DNA of 64,000 nt from Dendrobates tinctorius. Taxonomy: Eukaryota. The notes under the pieces are model-generated. The model saw only the letters and a program-made list of their open reading frames with translations. It was not told the DNA's origin and did not search any database. A program made the position numbers and the translations under genes. Below are positions 32,996-46,406 of this stretch, piece by piece. Position 1 is the first letter of the stretch. Every line of letters begins with the position of its first letter. The stretch lies in NCBI RefSeq assembly GCF_039654945.1, contig NW_027361844.1:4960001-5024000 (forward strand), given 5' to 3'.

Positions 32996-35826
32996 ATTAG
33001 AAGATCAATAGAAAAAAAAAACCTTGTAAGCCCTGCACATGTTCTGCCGTTGGTTTCAAAGACAATGAGATGTATACAAACGTTTTAAATATCTCAAGAA
33101 CTGAAAATTTTAACACGCAAGTAAATTGTGTGACGGTGTGGATAGCCCTTTAAGGAGTTGTACAGCTACCATGCACTGCTGGAATATGCTGAGAGAAGCA
33201 ATAAAGTTGGGAAATAGAAGAAATCACATCTATAAAACTGAACAACGATCATAAAGTAATTCTTTACTGTCGGATCTGTTTCTCTCTGGATAAAACTTTA
33301 ACCAAATTATATGGATTAAAAACAAAAACACACTATTGTAAAAGGGGAAGGAAACGCAAAGCTATATTTTCTATGCAGCCAATGACCCCAATGACAAACT
33401 TTATCTGCTCTTGGATACAAAAAGGCTCTGCCACTAATCTCATGCACTATTCCCTTGGCATCTGCTCCCTTGGCGGTGACCGCACAGCAGCTGCCATCAC
33501 ATAGATTCTGAATCTCTGCAGTCACACAGAGCCATCTCATTTACATCACTCATCTCTGATTTGTGCTGGCCACATGGGAAGTTACATGGTATCACAGCCC
33601 TGCAATGAGAGAATGACAGGCCATTCATTGTATAAAGTGCAGCCACAAACAAAGGTGTATTGGCAGCACCAGGTGGGGAGGTTGTGTGCAGAAAATGCTA
33701 TCATCATATGAATTACAATATGCCGCCATCTCTGGTATACCATGTCCGGTGTGTGGTCATCCACAGCTCCATGAGACGTATAGGATGCTACAAGCTTACG
33801 ATCTGCCCTGACAACCAGCAGCATACATACGTCTGCCTTGTGCCTTGCTCTCCCCATGCCACTTCCTGCCCATCACCGCACAATGCAGCTGAAAATAAAG
33901 CAAGCCCTCGCCACGTGACAGCGCAAGTAAAGCTCTAATGACAGCCAGCACATCCTGTCTGCGATAACAAGAGGTGTATTCCCGGGCATTAGACTCACAG
34001 GCGTGACAATAAACACGATCCAAAGTCAGCGACATCTTATTCCCCAAAGCATCGCGGCTGCCAGGCGCACCAGCCCAGGGCTGGGATAAAGCCTTGGCCC
34101 AGCAGCGTGCCAGCCTCCTTTTTGTGTCGCTCCTGGCTCAGCAAGTAGTGGCGAGGATTATCCACTTTAAAGTCCACTTAATTACTCTCGTCTCATAAGA
34201 AGCTTGTCGCGGGAGCTTAAAGGATTTTAAAGCCAAAAAGTCTCTAAAATACACAAGAAAGCGATCAGAACCGGAGAACTGGGCTTTTGTACAGGCACAA
34301 TGGAATGACGGCAGAGATTTTACTTTGCCTTCTTTTTAACCAAGTATTACAGTGAAATTACACTAATCTGGCAACTGATCACTGGCACACATTCCCAAAA
34401 CTGGAGTTTTCAGGTGGAGTATCACAAGGACAAAAGTAGAACAATGATGATCAGAACTCATCTGATTTTAAAAAAATCCATTTTATTCTGACAGATTTTG
34501 TTCCCTAGATTCCATATTAGATTGATAATAAATTAAAAGGATTCTAGTAAACTTCTATAAAAGTCCATGTGATTCTTCTAACTTTGGCACATTACTGAGA
34601 TGTGTCAGCGCCAGGAGATGCGTGCTGCCACTGCGCCACCTGCCATAGTGCAGAGGACACCAGGCGGGATGGCGAGCTTTAGAGGCGAGCCGGCCCTCTA
34701 TACATCTCATTCGCTTTCAGCTCCCCGGACATTTCTTTCAATGGTGCCGAGAGTGTCTGTGAGGATATCAATAGACGGGCATGAGAGTGATACCCGCTGC
34801 CCATACAGATCACATAATTGTGCCAGATTAACGTTCAGCCAACAGTGCCGCTCCCCAGCTCCAGCGTGGTCTTGCCCATCAGGTTCTTACTGCCCTAGTG
34901 GGACCCTATAGCAATAGATGTCTGGGGCGCGGGCTCAGAGGTGACATCACAAGCGCACTCACATGAGAACGCAACATATGTCTCCTAACACAAGTCTAAG
35001 GGGCCCAGGACACTGTGCGAGGTCATGAAAGGTCATAATTACACAAAAAAATAATCCCAGTTTTTAATCTTTGAAATGATCATAAACTCACACTAGAAAT
35101 TCCCTCCCCGTCCTTATCACATAAAATACAGTTTTGCGCTGTGATCCAACATAAATGGCCACCTTCAGTTATATAACCATCACATTCCTTGTGATAATAA
35201 ACACGTCATATACACAGGGAAGGTTTACAGTTATTGTCCTGTGCGATCTTTATTGCTTTCCTCACGTTCCCGACTCCACCATAAAGCCAACAACAACCTC
35301 CACTCTGTGGCATATGGCGCCACTCTTCAGCAGCCCGGTGCCCCAGCAATCCTGCAGAAGTCTGTATGGTAAAGGTATGTGAGGACCTCCACCCAGATGA
35401 ATCAGTGGGGAGTGGGGCAGGACTGTTTGTTAACGGGTATCAGTCTCAATACGATTGTCCTTTGAATTGATGAAGCAGTAATGGCATTGTACAACGGGCA
35501 GCGCGCACATGTACCCTGCATATGAGAAGGTCAACGACTGATGCATGGGAAGGGCGCACGGTATGGACTGTATTCAACCTCTAAAATGCTTGATCCATCC
35601 ACCTGAACTCACATTAGTCACAATCAGCTAGTATTATTGCCAGACAACCGCAAAAGACAAAAACTGGTGTCTGAAATGTTAAAATTGTACTACAGATACA
35701 CAAATGGGTATATAGTGTGGAGTGTACATCACTCTAGTGTATTGTGCGCCATATATCCCAGCATGTTGCCCGTTATTGGATTATTACAGCACTGCTCCTG
35801 AGCTACACCAGGTTATATCTGAAGTA

Positions 35827-36934
35827 CAAGGTGGGCAATTTATATGGATACGCCTAAATAAAATGGGAATGGTTGGTGATATCAACTTCCTGTTTGTGGC
35901 ACAATAGTATATCGGAGGGGGGAAACATTTCAAGATGGGTGGTGACCATGGCGGCCATTTTGAAGTCAGCCATTTTGGATCCAACTTTATTTTTTTTTCA
36001 AGGGAAGAGGGTCATGTGACACATCAAACTTATTGACAATTTCACAAGAAAAACAATGGTGTGCTTGGTTTTAATGTAACTTTATTCTTTCATGAGTTAT
36101 TTACAAGTTTCTCTGTTTACAGCCATTGACATGTCGCAGAGGTTAACACGGGAGGAGTATGGGTCATCCTCATTGCAGCAGCTGGATTTTGTAAGGGTGC
36201 CATTTGTGAGTAGCTAATATCCGCCGAAGGGATGTTCGACTGATGCCAGATCGGTGCGCTGAATTTGCAGAATGGGCAAAACAAACATTGGAACAGGACC
36301 CTCAGTTTACACAGAACATTATGTTCAGTGATGAGGCAAACTTTTTTGGGTGGGCCATTTATATGGATACACCTAAATAAAATGGGAATGGTGACAGTTT
36401 TCTTGCATAGGGTGTCTTGCATTGAAATCTGCTGCAATGACCCGGATACTGCGTTCATCAGACATCAACACAATTTCTATCACCTCCTCACGTGTTAACC
36501 TCTGCGACATGTCAATGGCTGTAAACAAAGAGAAACTTGTAAATAACTCATGAAAGAATAAAGTTACGTTAAGGTTACGTTAAAACCAAGCACACCTTTG
36601 TTTTTCTTGTGAAATTCTCAATAAGTTTGATGTGTCACTTGACTCTTCCCATTGGAAAAAAAAAGTTGGATCCAAAATGGCCGACTTCAAAATGGCCGTC
36701 ATGGTCACCACCTATCTTGAAAAGTTTTCCCCCTCCCATATACTAATGTGCCACAAACAGGAAGTTGATATCACCAACCATTCCCATTTTATTTAGGTGT
36801 ATCCATATTATTATGCATTTATATAGCGCCATTTATTCCATGACGCTTTACATGTAAAAAGGGGAAATATAGACAAGTATAATAAACATGTGTAAGACAA
36901 GGGACACACAAGTAGATATACATGGCCCATCCTG
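35827..36934. mobile_element. Tc1/mariner-type non-autonomous element with long TIRs, right TIR interrupted by an L2-like tail (~36808-36915, -)
   Basis: TA|CAAGGTGGGC start and GCCCATCCTG|TA end; ~320-bp inverted arms (35827-36150 vs 36480-36808). Confidence 0.75.
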
Positions 36935-38037
36935 TAGATCATCCGCACTTCCAGCTTTCCATGAAAGATATGCACGTATCACAAAGTGGTGGAGGTTACA
37001 TAAGTAAGAGTCAGTGTGCTGTGCAGTGTCAGTGCAAGTTGGTCTAAGAATCGACTGGCCGTGGCTCTTCCACACTGAGTATGACAGCCTCATAAAAATA
37101 TATGAAGACGACATGTTCTGGTTGGGAGACCTGCAGACAGTCCAAGCTCGGACCGATTTGCACGGACATCTGTTTGAGCCCTCAAACAACCACCAACATG
37201 CTTGCCTGTAGGCAGGCTTTTAACAACCTATTCCCACAGGCTGACTCAGTTTCATATGTGTGCTGAACGATCTGTAATATATCGTTCCATGTGCGTTGGG
37301 TGCCATTAATCTAGGAAGCACAAGTCTTGTTTACCCAGGACAATGTGCTGCCTAGAACAGTGCTCTTGCGCAGAACAAAAATTAGATTTCACCTAACAAG
37401 GGTTTTGCTTGTTCGTTAGGTGATCAGCAACCTGCTTACAAATCAAGAATATCAGAAAATGTTTGTTCCTAGAAACGCTGGTTCATGATAATCGAGCATA
37501 TACACTGTGCTCCTAAATGCCACTATGGAGTAAGCCAAACCTCCGACCCCACAGTGGCTTCCGCTGAGGTCATGCGCCAGAGCAGCGGCTTCTCTTCGTT
37601 CTCATCAGCATGCGATCCTTTCTAAAGAGGCCTTGTGCTGCCGAGAACAATGGCAGTCTATAGCACAGAGCAATTCTATACACATCTAAAGCTCACACTG
37701 ACTGTCTAATGAGGCTACTTAAAGACTGCTGATCAGCAATCATGGAGCCGATCTGTGGTCATTTACTAGCTGCAATGGGCTGGTGTAAAATCACACAGCC
37801 TAACTAATGGACTAACATATGATTACTTACTGCACATCACGGTTACAGTCTTGGGGAGCCAAGTAAGGCAATATCTATGATATACAGTAATAATCATCGC
37901 TTGTTCTTAGTCTTCCCCCAGACAGTAACCCTGGCTACTGATGGGTACTGATATTCTCCTTATTTTTTTGGTTTAAAGTAACCCTGACATGACCTGCACT
38001 GCATTTAATAATCGGCTTATTATTTTGAGATTATTAA

Positions 38038-38090
38038 AGGGGTTGTCGAGGGTTGGAACAAATGTCTGCAGTCACTACTGGACAACCCCT
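38038..38090. mobile_element. 53-bp minimal T2/Kolobok MITE
   Basis: TTAA|AGGGGTTGTC...GACAACCCCT|TTAA. Confidence 0.75.
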
Positions 38091-39229
38091 TTAATAATCT
38101 TATAATCGTAAGAAGCTTATTATGAGATTATTAAATGCACTGCAGCACATGCAAGGGTTACTGTCTGTCCTGGAGGCTTTCTATACCAACAGCCAGGGGC
38201 TTATAATAGGACCCAGGCAATAAATATAATAAGAGACCCCATTGCCCTACACCCCCCTACCCAGACAGCAACCATGGGATGAGCTGGAATGCATACACTC
38301 AAAACACAAAGTACCAAGCCTTTGGTAGAATGAACTCCCCGGTGTGCCCGCTCACCCCGTACCCCCACAGTATGTCTGAACTTAATGAACCTAATACCTC
38401 CAGCCACCAGACTCCTACCCAAGACACACAGTGCAGGCCAGCAACTACGGGCAGCAAACCAGCATCCAACGAGCAGCGGCAAGGATTATGACTAAAGAAG
38501 TCGGAGTCTCTGAAGGCTGTCTAGGAGCGTACAAGGAGGAAGGCCAAAGTGCGGGTCCACTCATAGCGAGCACACCGGGTGGAGCTAACTGCTTGTCCTG
38601 TTCACTCCAACCCACAAGGAACGCTGACACTGACTGATTGACCGCAAGCCTGGCCGCTGTGCAAGTACCTACGGTAGAGAGGGAAGCAGGCATTTTGCCG
38701 ACTGAGGCAAAAGTCATCTTGTGGTACTTCTCAACCAATCTGACCACAAGACATCTTAAGGCCTTATGGTTAAATTTTACTGTAAGATTATTGTAAGCAA
38801 GCTTTCCTAGGAACTGTCATGTCACCATACTCATCCTGTCTAACCAAGCTGCTGATCACCTGATGAACGAGCAAGATTCTCGTTCGTTAGGTGAAGCGAT
38901 CCTTTATCCTGTATAAAAGCCCATCGTTCTCGGCGGTGCATTTTCCAATATAAACAGGAGTGGCGCTGCCGAGAACAATGACAGCCTCCGTGCACTGAGC
39001 CATCTATTACAAACCGTTCAGTGTGCATCTGGAGTGGAGTCGCCCTGTGCAATCAAGCTATGAAACAACTCTATGCGCATGCCGCTAGGAAACACGCCTT
39101 CTTTGGGGACTTTTTGGACAAGTTTTTCAATTCCTGAAGTTGTTTTGAACTTTTTTTCCTGAAAGGTTTTTGTAGTCTCCTGAGTGGCCAGTAACTGTTG
39201 TGTATGAGTGAATTCCATCCCAAGTCTCT

Positions 39230-39356
39230 TAAGTTGAGGATCCAAGAAAAGCACTTCTGAGCATCCGCGCTGCTTTAGTGATATGGATTTCTGAAGAATT
39301 CTTATCACTAAAGCAGCGCGGATGCTCAGAAGTGCTTTTCTTGGATCCTCAACTTA
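39230..39356. repeat. Perfect 54-bp inverted repeat with a 19-nt spacer
   Basis: 39230-39283 is the exact reverse complement of 39303-39356. Confidence 0.95.
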
Positions 39357-41049
39357 TGATACCTAGTGGACGCTGTCCACCTGCACGAGCTCTGCAGCAG
39401 CTATATGACTGCAACAAACATTGAGAGTGGTTGTGTCTGAACACAACCCATAAAGGGTGAGTACTCCAGAGTACTTTTATATTTTAATTGATTTATACCA
39501 GGTGAAGCCCTATGTCTGCGCCCCCGCCCTTGTTTTCTCTTATCCCAAGTCTCTTCAAAGAAGTGACATTGTTTCCCCCCGCTGGCATTTTTCAAAAACT
39601 GTAGCGGGAAAAAAAATGCTCAAAAAAGACAACCAGAAATAGAAAGTGAACCAGCACCACAAATCTCCATGTGCACATACTCTTAAAATGAATTATGGAA
39701 CAGACCACAAGCCTTTAAAACAAGATTGCAGTCATTTTAAAAGATCTGATGGAAAGTTCACATGTGGCAAATTCCATGCAAAAAATGTCATCCTCCATTC
39801 ATCTGACTGCTGTACATCCATGGATTTCTGCATTGCACATTCACATGAAAGTCCCAGAAGTGTCTGCAAAAAAATTCTACTACACATGGATATACTAAGG
39901 ATAAGTATATTCCAGCCATATCAATTATAAAACTATATAAATGGGGGGGGGGGTGATGATTACAGCTTCCCTCCTCCCTGCACAATGATCCACGAGAAGA
40001 TCACAGCATGCCTAGTAAACTCTCTCAAAAGACGCCAACGAGTCACCTGCAGCCTACTGCCCTCCATATAAACCATAGCTCCATACCTGGTTAAGAGCTC
40101 AAGCACGCTGGCCACCCCATAATCATGTAGAAAAAAAACAGAATTAACAAATATTACATCCACAATCAGAGAATAAAAGACTATTAGAAAATAGGAATAC
40201 TATTATAGAAACCCCAACGCTCTGCACGAAATATGTGTGAACCTAACCTTAGGTAATGCTGACAAAATCTGCCAAGAGACCATGCAGCGTGTGGGGTGTC
40301 CTGAGGTGGTACGAAAGTTTGGGTTTCGAAACACCCCAAACTAATTGTTCTGAGGGGAGAGAGGAGTTGCTGACAGAGATGTAGGCCAATACAGCTCAGG
40401 TGGATGGTGCCGAGGCAGGCAGGAGGGGTGTACAATTGGGACAGAGAGCGATCAACCTATCAAAAAGGAATGGTCAGTCCTAGCCTGGGAAAGGGAGCCT
40501 GTGTGTTGCCATTATTACACGATCTGCGCTCTGGATCGCACCATATACACTTTCTAAAAACAAGAGTGAGAAATATTTTAACAACAGGAGAAAAAAAATA
40601 AAAAGTTCGGAGTTTATAAGGGCAAGAAAAAGAGGATTGCTGACTGCCCATCCAGGGATCTCCGCACGCGGCGATCATCACATCACACTGAGGATCAGTG
40701 GTAATTCCCAAACAGCGAATCCATCTTTACGGTGGGCTCCATGTGCATTAACTCCTTCCTGCCTGGACACGTATGACATCATAACGAGACATAGGATAAC
40801 AGGGAATATCGTCACCAATGACCAACGAGCAGCCATAAAGGTGACCGAGGTCACAGCATCCCCACTGGTGTCACAACTGATCCAGCAGGCACCATACAGA
40901 CCCTGCACAGAGGACATTAATGGCCCCCCAAAGCTTGTACAACATGGCAGAGGTGACTCCTGTGATATGAGGGCGAGGCGCAATATATATACAGGCTGGA
41001 TAGCTATATATATACATGAGCTGCACATACACCCAGAGCAAAGCAAGAC

Positions 41050-41600
41050 TGAGCACCGACCTTCACGGCCACCGCACCGGCTGCTCCCGGGCTCCGGTTT
41101 CCTCCTTGCTGCTCCAAAAGGCGGGCCTTCCTCCAAGCTCACCAGGGAGACTGTACTCATGACGTCACGCTTTACTGGTCCAATAGACTCGCTCCCTTGT
41201 AAGCTGTCGATCAATTCACTGTAGAAAAAATGTCAGTTCAAAAAAAGGAAAACGCCGGAAGCTGGAGTCGCCATATTTGTTATGGGCAACAAGGACCAGC
41301 GTTGGATTAGTATATGGGAACATAACAGACAAAAGGAAGGTAAATGGCGCAATGAAAGAATGAGCCCAGTATGTATCGACTGTGGAGTTATAATAGTTCT
41401 AGAATTCGGCGACATGTCGGTGTTTTATGTGAAGTACTGGCAGAAGACCTGTCCTGTAGGCACCGGGCGCATGCTTATGACGTAAGCGGTCTTCTTGGCC
41501 GGGATTGGCCGGCAGCTTACTGGGCTCCATGGGCTGGATGGTGTCTCCCTGGGCGATAGAGAAGTCCAGATCAGGTCAGCAACACAGGAAGTTGTAATAC
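41050..41600. promoter_or_regulatory. Probable bidirectional promoter and first non-coding exons of TRAK2 (-) and STRADB (+)
   Basis: Lies between divergent genes and is locally CpG-rich. Motifs: CRE TGACGTCA 41160-41167, CCAAT 41180, ETS CCGGAAG 41255, opposed YY1-like CGCCATATT 41269 and AAATGGCG 41342, NRF1-like GCGCATGC 41467, TGACGTAA 41478, ATTGG 41504. Candidate donors at 41142 or 41060 (-) and 41575 (+). Confidence 0.7.
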
Positions 41601-42498
41601 AAGGGATTTCCTTCTAACACAGAGAGGCAAGAACAACACAAACACACGTCGGAGAGCCAGCACTGTCCTCAGCTCCAGCAGGCACGTCAGTAGCACCAAG
41701 AGCTCCCTGCATAACACACAGACTGGCCATAATCGGGTGGAGTTACTGTATGCTGATTATATGGCGCCAACATGTTCTGCAGTGCAGTACAGAGATCACA
41801 ACCACATCAGTGATCTCCCTACTACACACACAAATAGGGCCAATATCAGGGGAACGCAGCCCCTCATATGACTACAGAGTGTGGGACATAAAGGGGCATC
41901 CACCCATGCCGAGGTCATCCTGGGCTGATGTGTACCCCCTGAGCCCCCACGTTTACACTAATCCATGAGATCCTCGTCATAATACGCCATTGAACGTTGT
42001 GACGACATACGATCCGCATGAATAGTGCACACTGGACGGAGCAGCCGTGGAGTCTCCGCACGTAATGTATACACCTCTGTACTAATGGCTGCTGAGCAGA
42101 CACTTTGCTACTTTTAATCTGTTTGGTACTGAAAAAGATATTGATGTTAACAAGAATCCTATGTCTTTGTCTGTGATCCGTAATGTTCTTTCTACAAGAT
42201 TGCTCCCTTCTTGTTTCCTACATGCGCTGTAGTTTTTACATAAAGTTACATCTACGGTCATAAAATGAATGGTGAGGCGGTAGACTGCAGTTCACACTGC
42301 CCTGTTTTCTGCTACGTTTTTTGGAACGGTCAAACAGAATAATGTCATAAATGGATCTGTTGCATAACCGATGTAAATGTAAGCAGAGAAGCCCCTTTGC
42401 TCATTAAGGGGTCTGTCTGGGTTCCGTTATGTATCAGTTTTTGGAACAGAAAAAAAAAATCTTGCCTGATGCAGCGGAGCAATTATTTTTTACATTGT

Positions 42499-42692
42499 TC
42501 CTATATCCAAGAAGTATCATTTCTCCTTGCGGAGAATGACATGCTAAGCATGTCGAGATGAGGAGACTTAAAGCCACAATGCTCCTCTGGGAAATATGCT
42601 AATTATGCAAATTGTCTCTTCAGAGAGGAAGAGGACTAGAACTCTAGTGCCACCTATTAAAAGTAGCAATCCTAAAAGTCAATGTCGACCCT
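42499..42692 (-). repeat. Second, partial copy of the satellite-2-like unit (promoter part only, no hammerhead)
   Basis: Its reverse complement aligns with 5067-5250, including both octamers, the SPH-like motif, TCTCCTCATC and ATACTTCTTGG. Confidence 0.9.
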
Positions 42693-43648
42693 AAGTGGAT
42701 CCGACAGAATGTTAAAACAGAAGTGTGTCTGAAGTCTCCTGGCTCATTCAGTCGTCAGTGGTTTTTCTCATACACAAAAATGGTTGGGTTTTAGATCAGA
42801 GTTCTAGATCAGAGTTTCATCAATGTGTGACAGGTTTTTTCATCAGTTTTTCTTGTATGCAAACAAAATTACTGATGACAATGTCTCAGGCCTCTGCTGT
42901 CAAACAGGCATTAAAAATGGACAGCACACAGATTGCACAAGGATTTTTTTCACAGGCCCATAGACTTGCATTGGCAAGTCTGATCTGTGACTCGGATCAA
43001 AATTTGGACATGTCTTTATGTTTTAAGGCGCTCCACTCATTCTGAAAAAAGACCCAGTTTATGTGAACAACCCCATAGACTATCATAAGTACAAGTTCTA
43101 TCAGTGAAAAACACAGGTAAAACACATCCATGAAAAAATGATGTCTGAATGATCCCATTCCCATTTTTGATCAACTTTAGCCACGTTCATACATTCAGTG
43201 TTTGACCTCAGTATTAGTAAGCCAAAACCCATAGTGGGTGATAAATGCAGAAGTGGTGAAGTGTTTCTATTATACTTTTCCTCTGATTGTTCCACTCCTG
43301 GTTTTATCTTACAGATACTGATGTAAATACTGAGCAAATACTGAGTGTGGCCTTATCTGGAGATACCTGGCTAGAATTGCCATATAATAACTTCTCATGC
43401 CACTGTCTCATTCTGTTTCCTGTCCAATTCCTACCACAAATTCTAAACTCCAACATGGTTGTACAGTGACATCATGATTACATACAGTAATCACTTAATA
43501 GCCATGTAAACAAATCTTTTTACCCTGTTGTAGAAAATAAAGGTAAATTATTTCTGTTAGTTATTGTATCTTAAACCTGCCTTACATCTTCTGTGTTTAG
43601 GACCCTGGGTGGACTCATGAAAAAGCCACCACTCAATAAGTGTATTCA

Positions 43649-43660
43649 ATGTCTTGTCTG
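43649..43660 (+). CDS. STRADB: STRADB start-codon exon (exon 43601-43660; coding MSCL)
   Basis: tttag acceptor at 43600, then ATG TCT TGT CTG and gtaagt; corresponds to recalled human MSLL. Confidence 0.85.
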
Positions 43661-45815
43661 GTAAGTTTAGCAATAATGGTTTATGTAGATTTAAAATGCG
43701 AAATTGCAATGGAATTGCAAAATGACATCACATTTCCCAGAAAAGTGTAAGGGTGTAAAAGATACAACTCATTCCGAATCTTGTGAGGAGGCAGCATTGG
43801 ACTTGAAGAAGAACCCAACCAAGTCCGTATCCATAGACCTCCATTCATTAAAGAGGTTGTCTGGCCTTAGGGTACAAGTCTGTAGTCACTCTATGTACGC
43901 TGTGAGGATGCGCCGCGAGTGGGTGGTCATGTGACTGCGATTTGCATACTTCCAGCCACATTTTGACTAGATGTGTCCCTTTTCATTATCCAAGAAAAAA
44001 AGTGTACACAGAAACCAGAGTTACAAAAAGAAACCTATAAACTTTATTTTGATAAACACACATAAAAAATTAATAAACAGACAAGACCTTAAAAAGTGGG
44101 AAACCACAAGGTGGCACCACTACCCACAGAGAAGCCATAGGGAGGTTGCAGGTACAATAAACATCCAGTTATTGCTATATATACGCTAATATCAAGAGCC
44201 CCATAACATCATGGTGTAACTACATAAACAACATATAGCTAGTTCATAAGCAAAAATAAACAGGTGCAAATAGGTATTACCTCCCGTGAGTGATGGTGTC
44301 AGCTCCAACGCATGTGTGGGCAAAAACGTCTTCCTCTGTGTCCCTTTTTCATGCAATACACCTGTATTCAGCAAGGCCACACACATCTAGTCAGAATGTG
44401 ACCGCGTGTATGCAAATCCCATACTTGCATCGGAGAATCTGGACCGCGCACGTGTTGTGAGGCGTCACAAATCTGCAGTCACACAGAATGACTGCTGACT
44501 TGTACCCTTAAGCCAGACAACCCCTATAAGAATGCCATTGTTATGTTATAATGATGAAAATTGTCTGCGCCACTGTGCTCTTGTGCCAGACATGTTACTG
44601 CAGATAAGGAATGGAGATATTTGTGCTTTGCAAAAATTCTTTTTGTAGAATAAATCATGCAAGTTTTAGTGCAGGTTTACAGTCAAAGTCAGGGAAGGAT
44701 GTAAAATGATACAATAAGAACCTGTAGCTGGCCTCTCTTTTGTATCTACGCCTGTGTTTGGCTCAAAATTCTGTGCTATAAACTTGCAGCAAAAAATGCA
44801 TACCATGCACATGTGATTTCTGCATGTTCTGGAGTATTTAAAGGAAATCTGTCAGCAAGTTTATGCTATTTTACATGAGAGCAGCTTATAGAGGTGTCAG
44901 AAGCCCTGATTACAGTGAATTGTCACTTGCTGGCTGTATTTTGCTGTTTTAGTACAATCAGTGTTTTATCAGCAGGAGATTATCACTACATGTCTAGGTG
45001 TCTTGTGCCTCCTAGTCAATTGCTTGGTGTGTCCTCACTCACACCAATGATTAAGCAGCTTGTTGACAATGTACTCTGTACACAGAAAGCACCCAATGTG
45101 GACGGGGTTATGCAGGACTTACCATTCTGAGCACTGCTACATCTACAGCAGAGAAAACTGGGATTGTATCAAAATGACAGAATGTAGACCTGCAAGTGAC
45201 ACATCACTGGAATAAGGGTCTCTGCCCCTAAATCATGTTGCTATCAGATTACATAGCAAAAATCTGGTGAAATATGACAGATGCTCATGATCCCTTAAGT
45301 CTAACTATAAAATGCAGATAGCCAAATTGTTGTTCATCTTTATGTAGTGTTACCAGTTAATGCAGAAGTAAATGCAAATTTTTTTTCGCACAAACTAAGC
45401 TTGAATTCTGATATATTTAGATTAGTAAATCAGCCTTGGTTTATTTCTTTATGAAAAACTACCTTTCCCCATTGGACTGAAACGCGTCTATAGATGCACC
45501 ATTGGGAGAAACAAGCAAAGCATTTTAGTCATCTTTCTACTGATACTGAACCCCACACATAAACTTACAGAAAAAAAGTGTCAAATATATTAAATTAAAA
45601 CAAAGATTATTTTCCCTTTTTTAAAACTTGCATAACAATTGCTCTTGATTTTGACAATCAGACATTTGTCTGTGTAGTGTAGTCACAGGATGATTCTTGT
45701 AAGAACCTTAAAAAGCCAGGTAGGGTTGAGACGATTTTGTTTCTCTGTCTATATTATTTAGAGTAGGATCAGGACATGTGTACTTGGTACTTACTGATGT
45801 ATTCTGCCACTTCAG

Positions 45816-45896
45816 GACTGTTCCTGCCTTAGACGGACACCTGTGAAATCTATAAGCCAAAGTAAAGAATCGAACACAAGTATCTATCCACACTGG
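45816..45896 (+). CDS. STRADB: STRADB coding exon, 81 nt, phase 0/0
   Basis: Encodes DCSCLRRTPVKSISQSKESNTSIYPHW (recalled human DCFCTSRTQVESLRPEKQSETSIHQYL); ttcag and gtgaga splice sites. Confidence 0.85.
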
Positions 45897-46036
45897 GTGA
45901 GAAAAGGCTTTATTGTGCTAAATATTACCACATAGCCAGTAAAATGACACAAATGTGTTTTAGCATCACTGTACTTTTTGGTTACTCACTTGTGCTTTTA
46001 AAGGATTAACTTCTTTCAGTTAATTCCCTGTCCTAA

Positions 46037-46406
46037 AGGCCCCTTTACATTTAGTGATGCACCAGTGATCCCGACCACAATACGACGCGGTCAGGATCGC
46101 TGGTGCATCGCTAAATGGTCGCTAGTGAGCTGTCACACAGGCAGATCTCACAGCGATGCAGCGACGCAGTGGACGATACTTACCTTTCAGACGTGGCGAC
46201 GAAGACGTCCTCTCGCCCGCGTCCATGCGTCACTCGTCGGCGCCAGCAGGAAGCGCCCGACGAGAAATGGAGCTGCACGATCAGCGACAGACAGCGGGGG
46301 AGCCGGTCGGTGGTAAGAATCACATGTAGCGATATCGCTGCTGCCTCACAAAATCAGTGATGCTTTAGCGATATTGCTAGCGATATCGCTATGTGTAAAG
46401 GCCCCT
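46037..46406. mobile_element. PIF/Harbinger-type MITE (related to 16968-17348)
   Basis: TAA|AGGCCCCTTTACA...TGTAAAGGCCCCT|TAA with shared internal GCGATATCGCT repeats. Confidence 0.75.

Noticed and set aside
19756-33920. Isolated RFX-like (19756) and E-box/CLEAR-like GCCACGTGAC (~33910) motifs in TRAK2 intron 1
   Set aside because: Single short motifs are expected by chance in 64 kb, and no conservation data are available
38860-38892. CTGATGA-containing hairpin
   Set aside because: No GAAA core or three-way junction; it looks like the central palindrome of a MITE
40637-41224. Opposed 195-aa and 178-aa ORFs next to the promoter
   Set aside because: No recognisable domain or exon structure; best explained as chance ORFs near a GC-rich promoter
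44300-45500. Further hammerhead-like fragments (caacgcatg...cttcctctg at 44307; gaaacgcgtc at 45479)
   Set aside because: The catalytic core is incomplete or too decayed to fold; at most old Penelope debris
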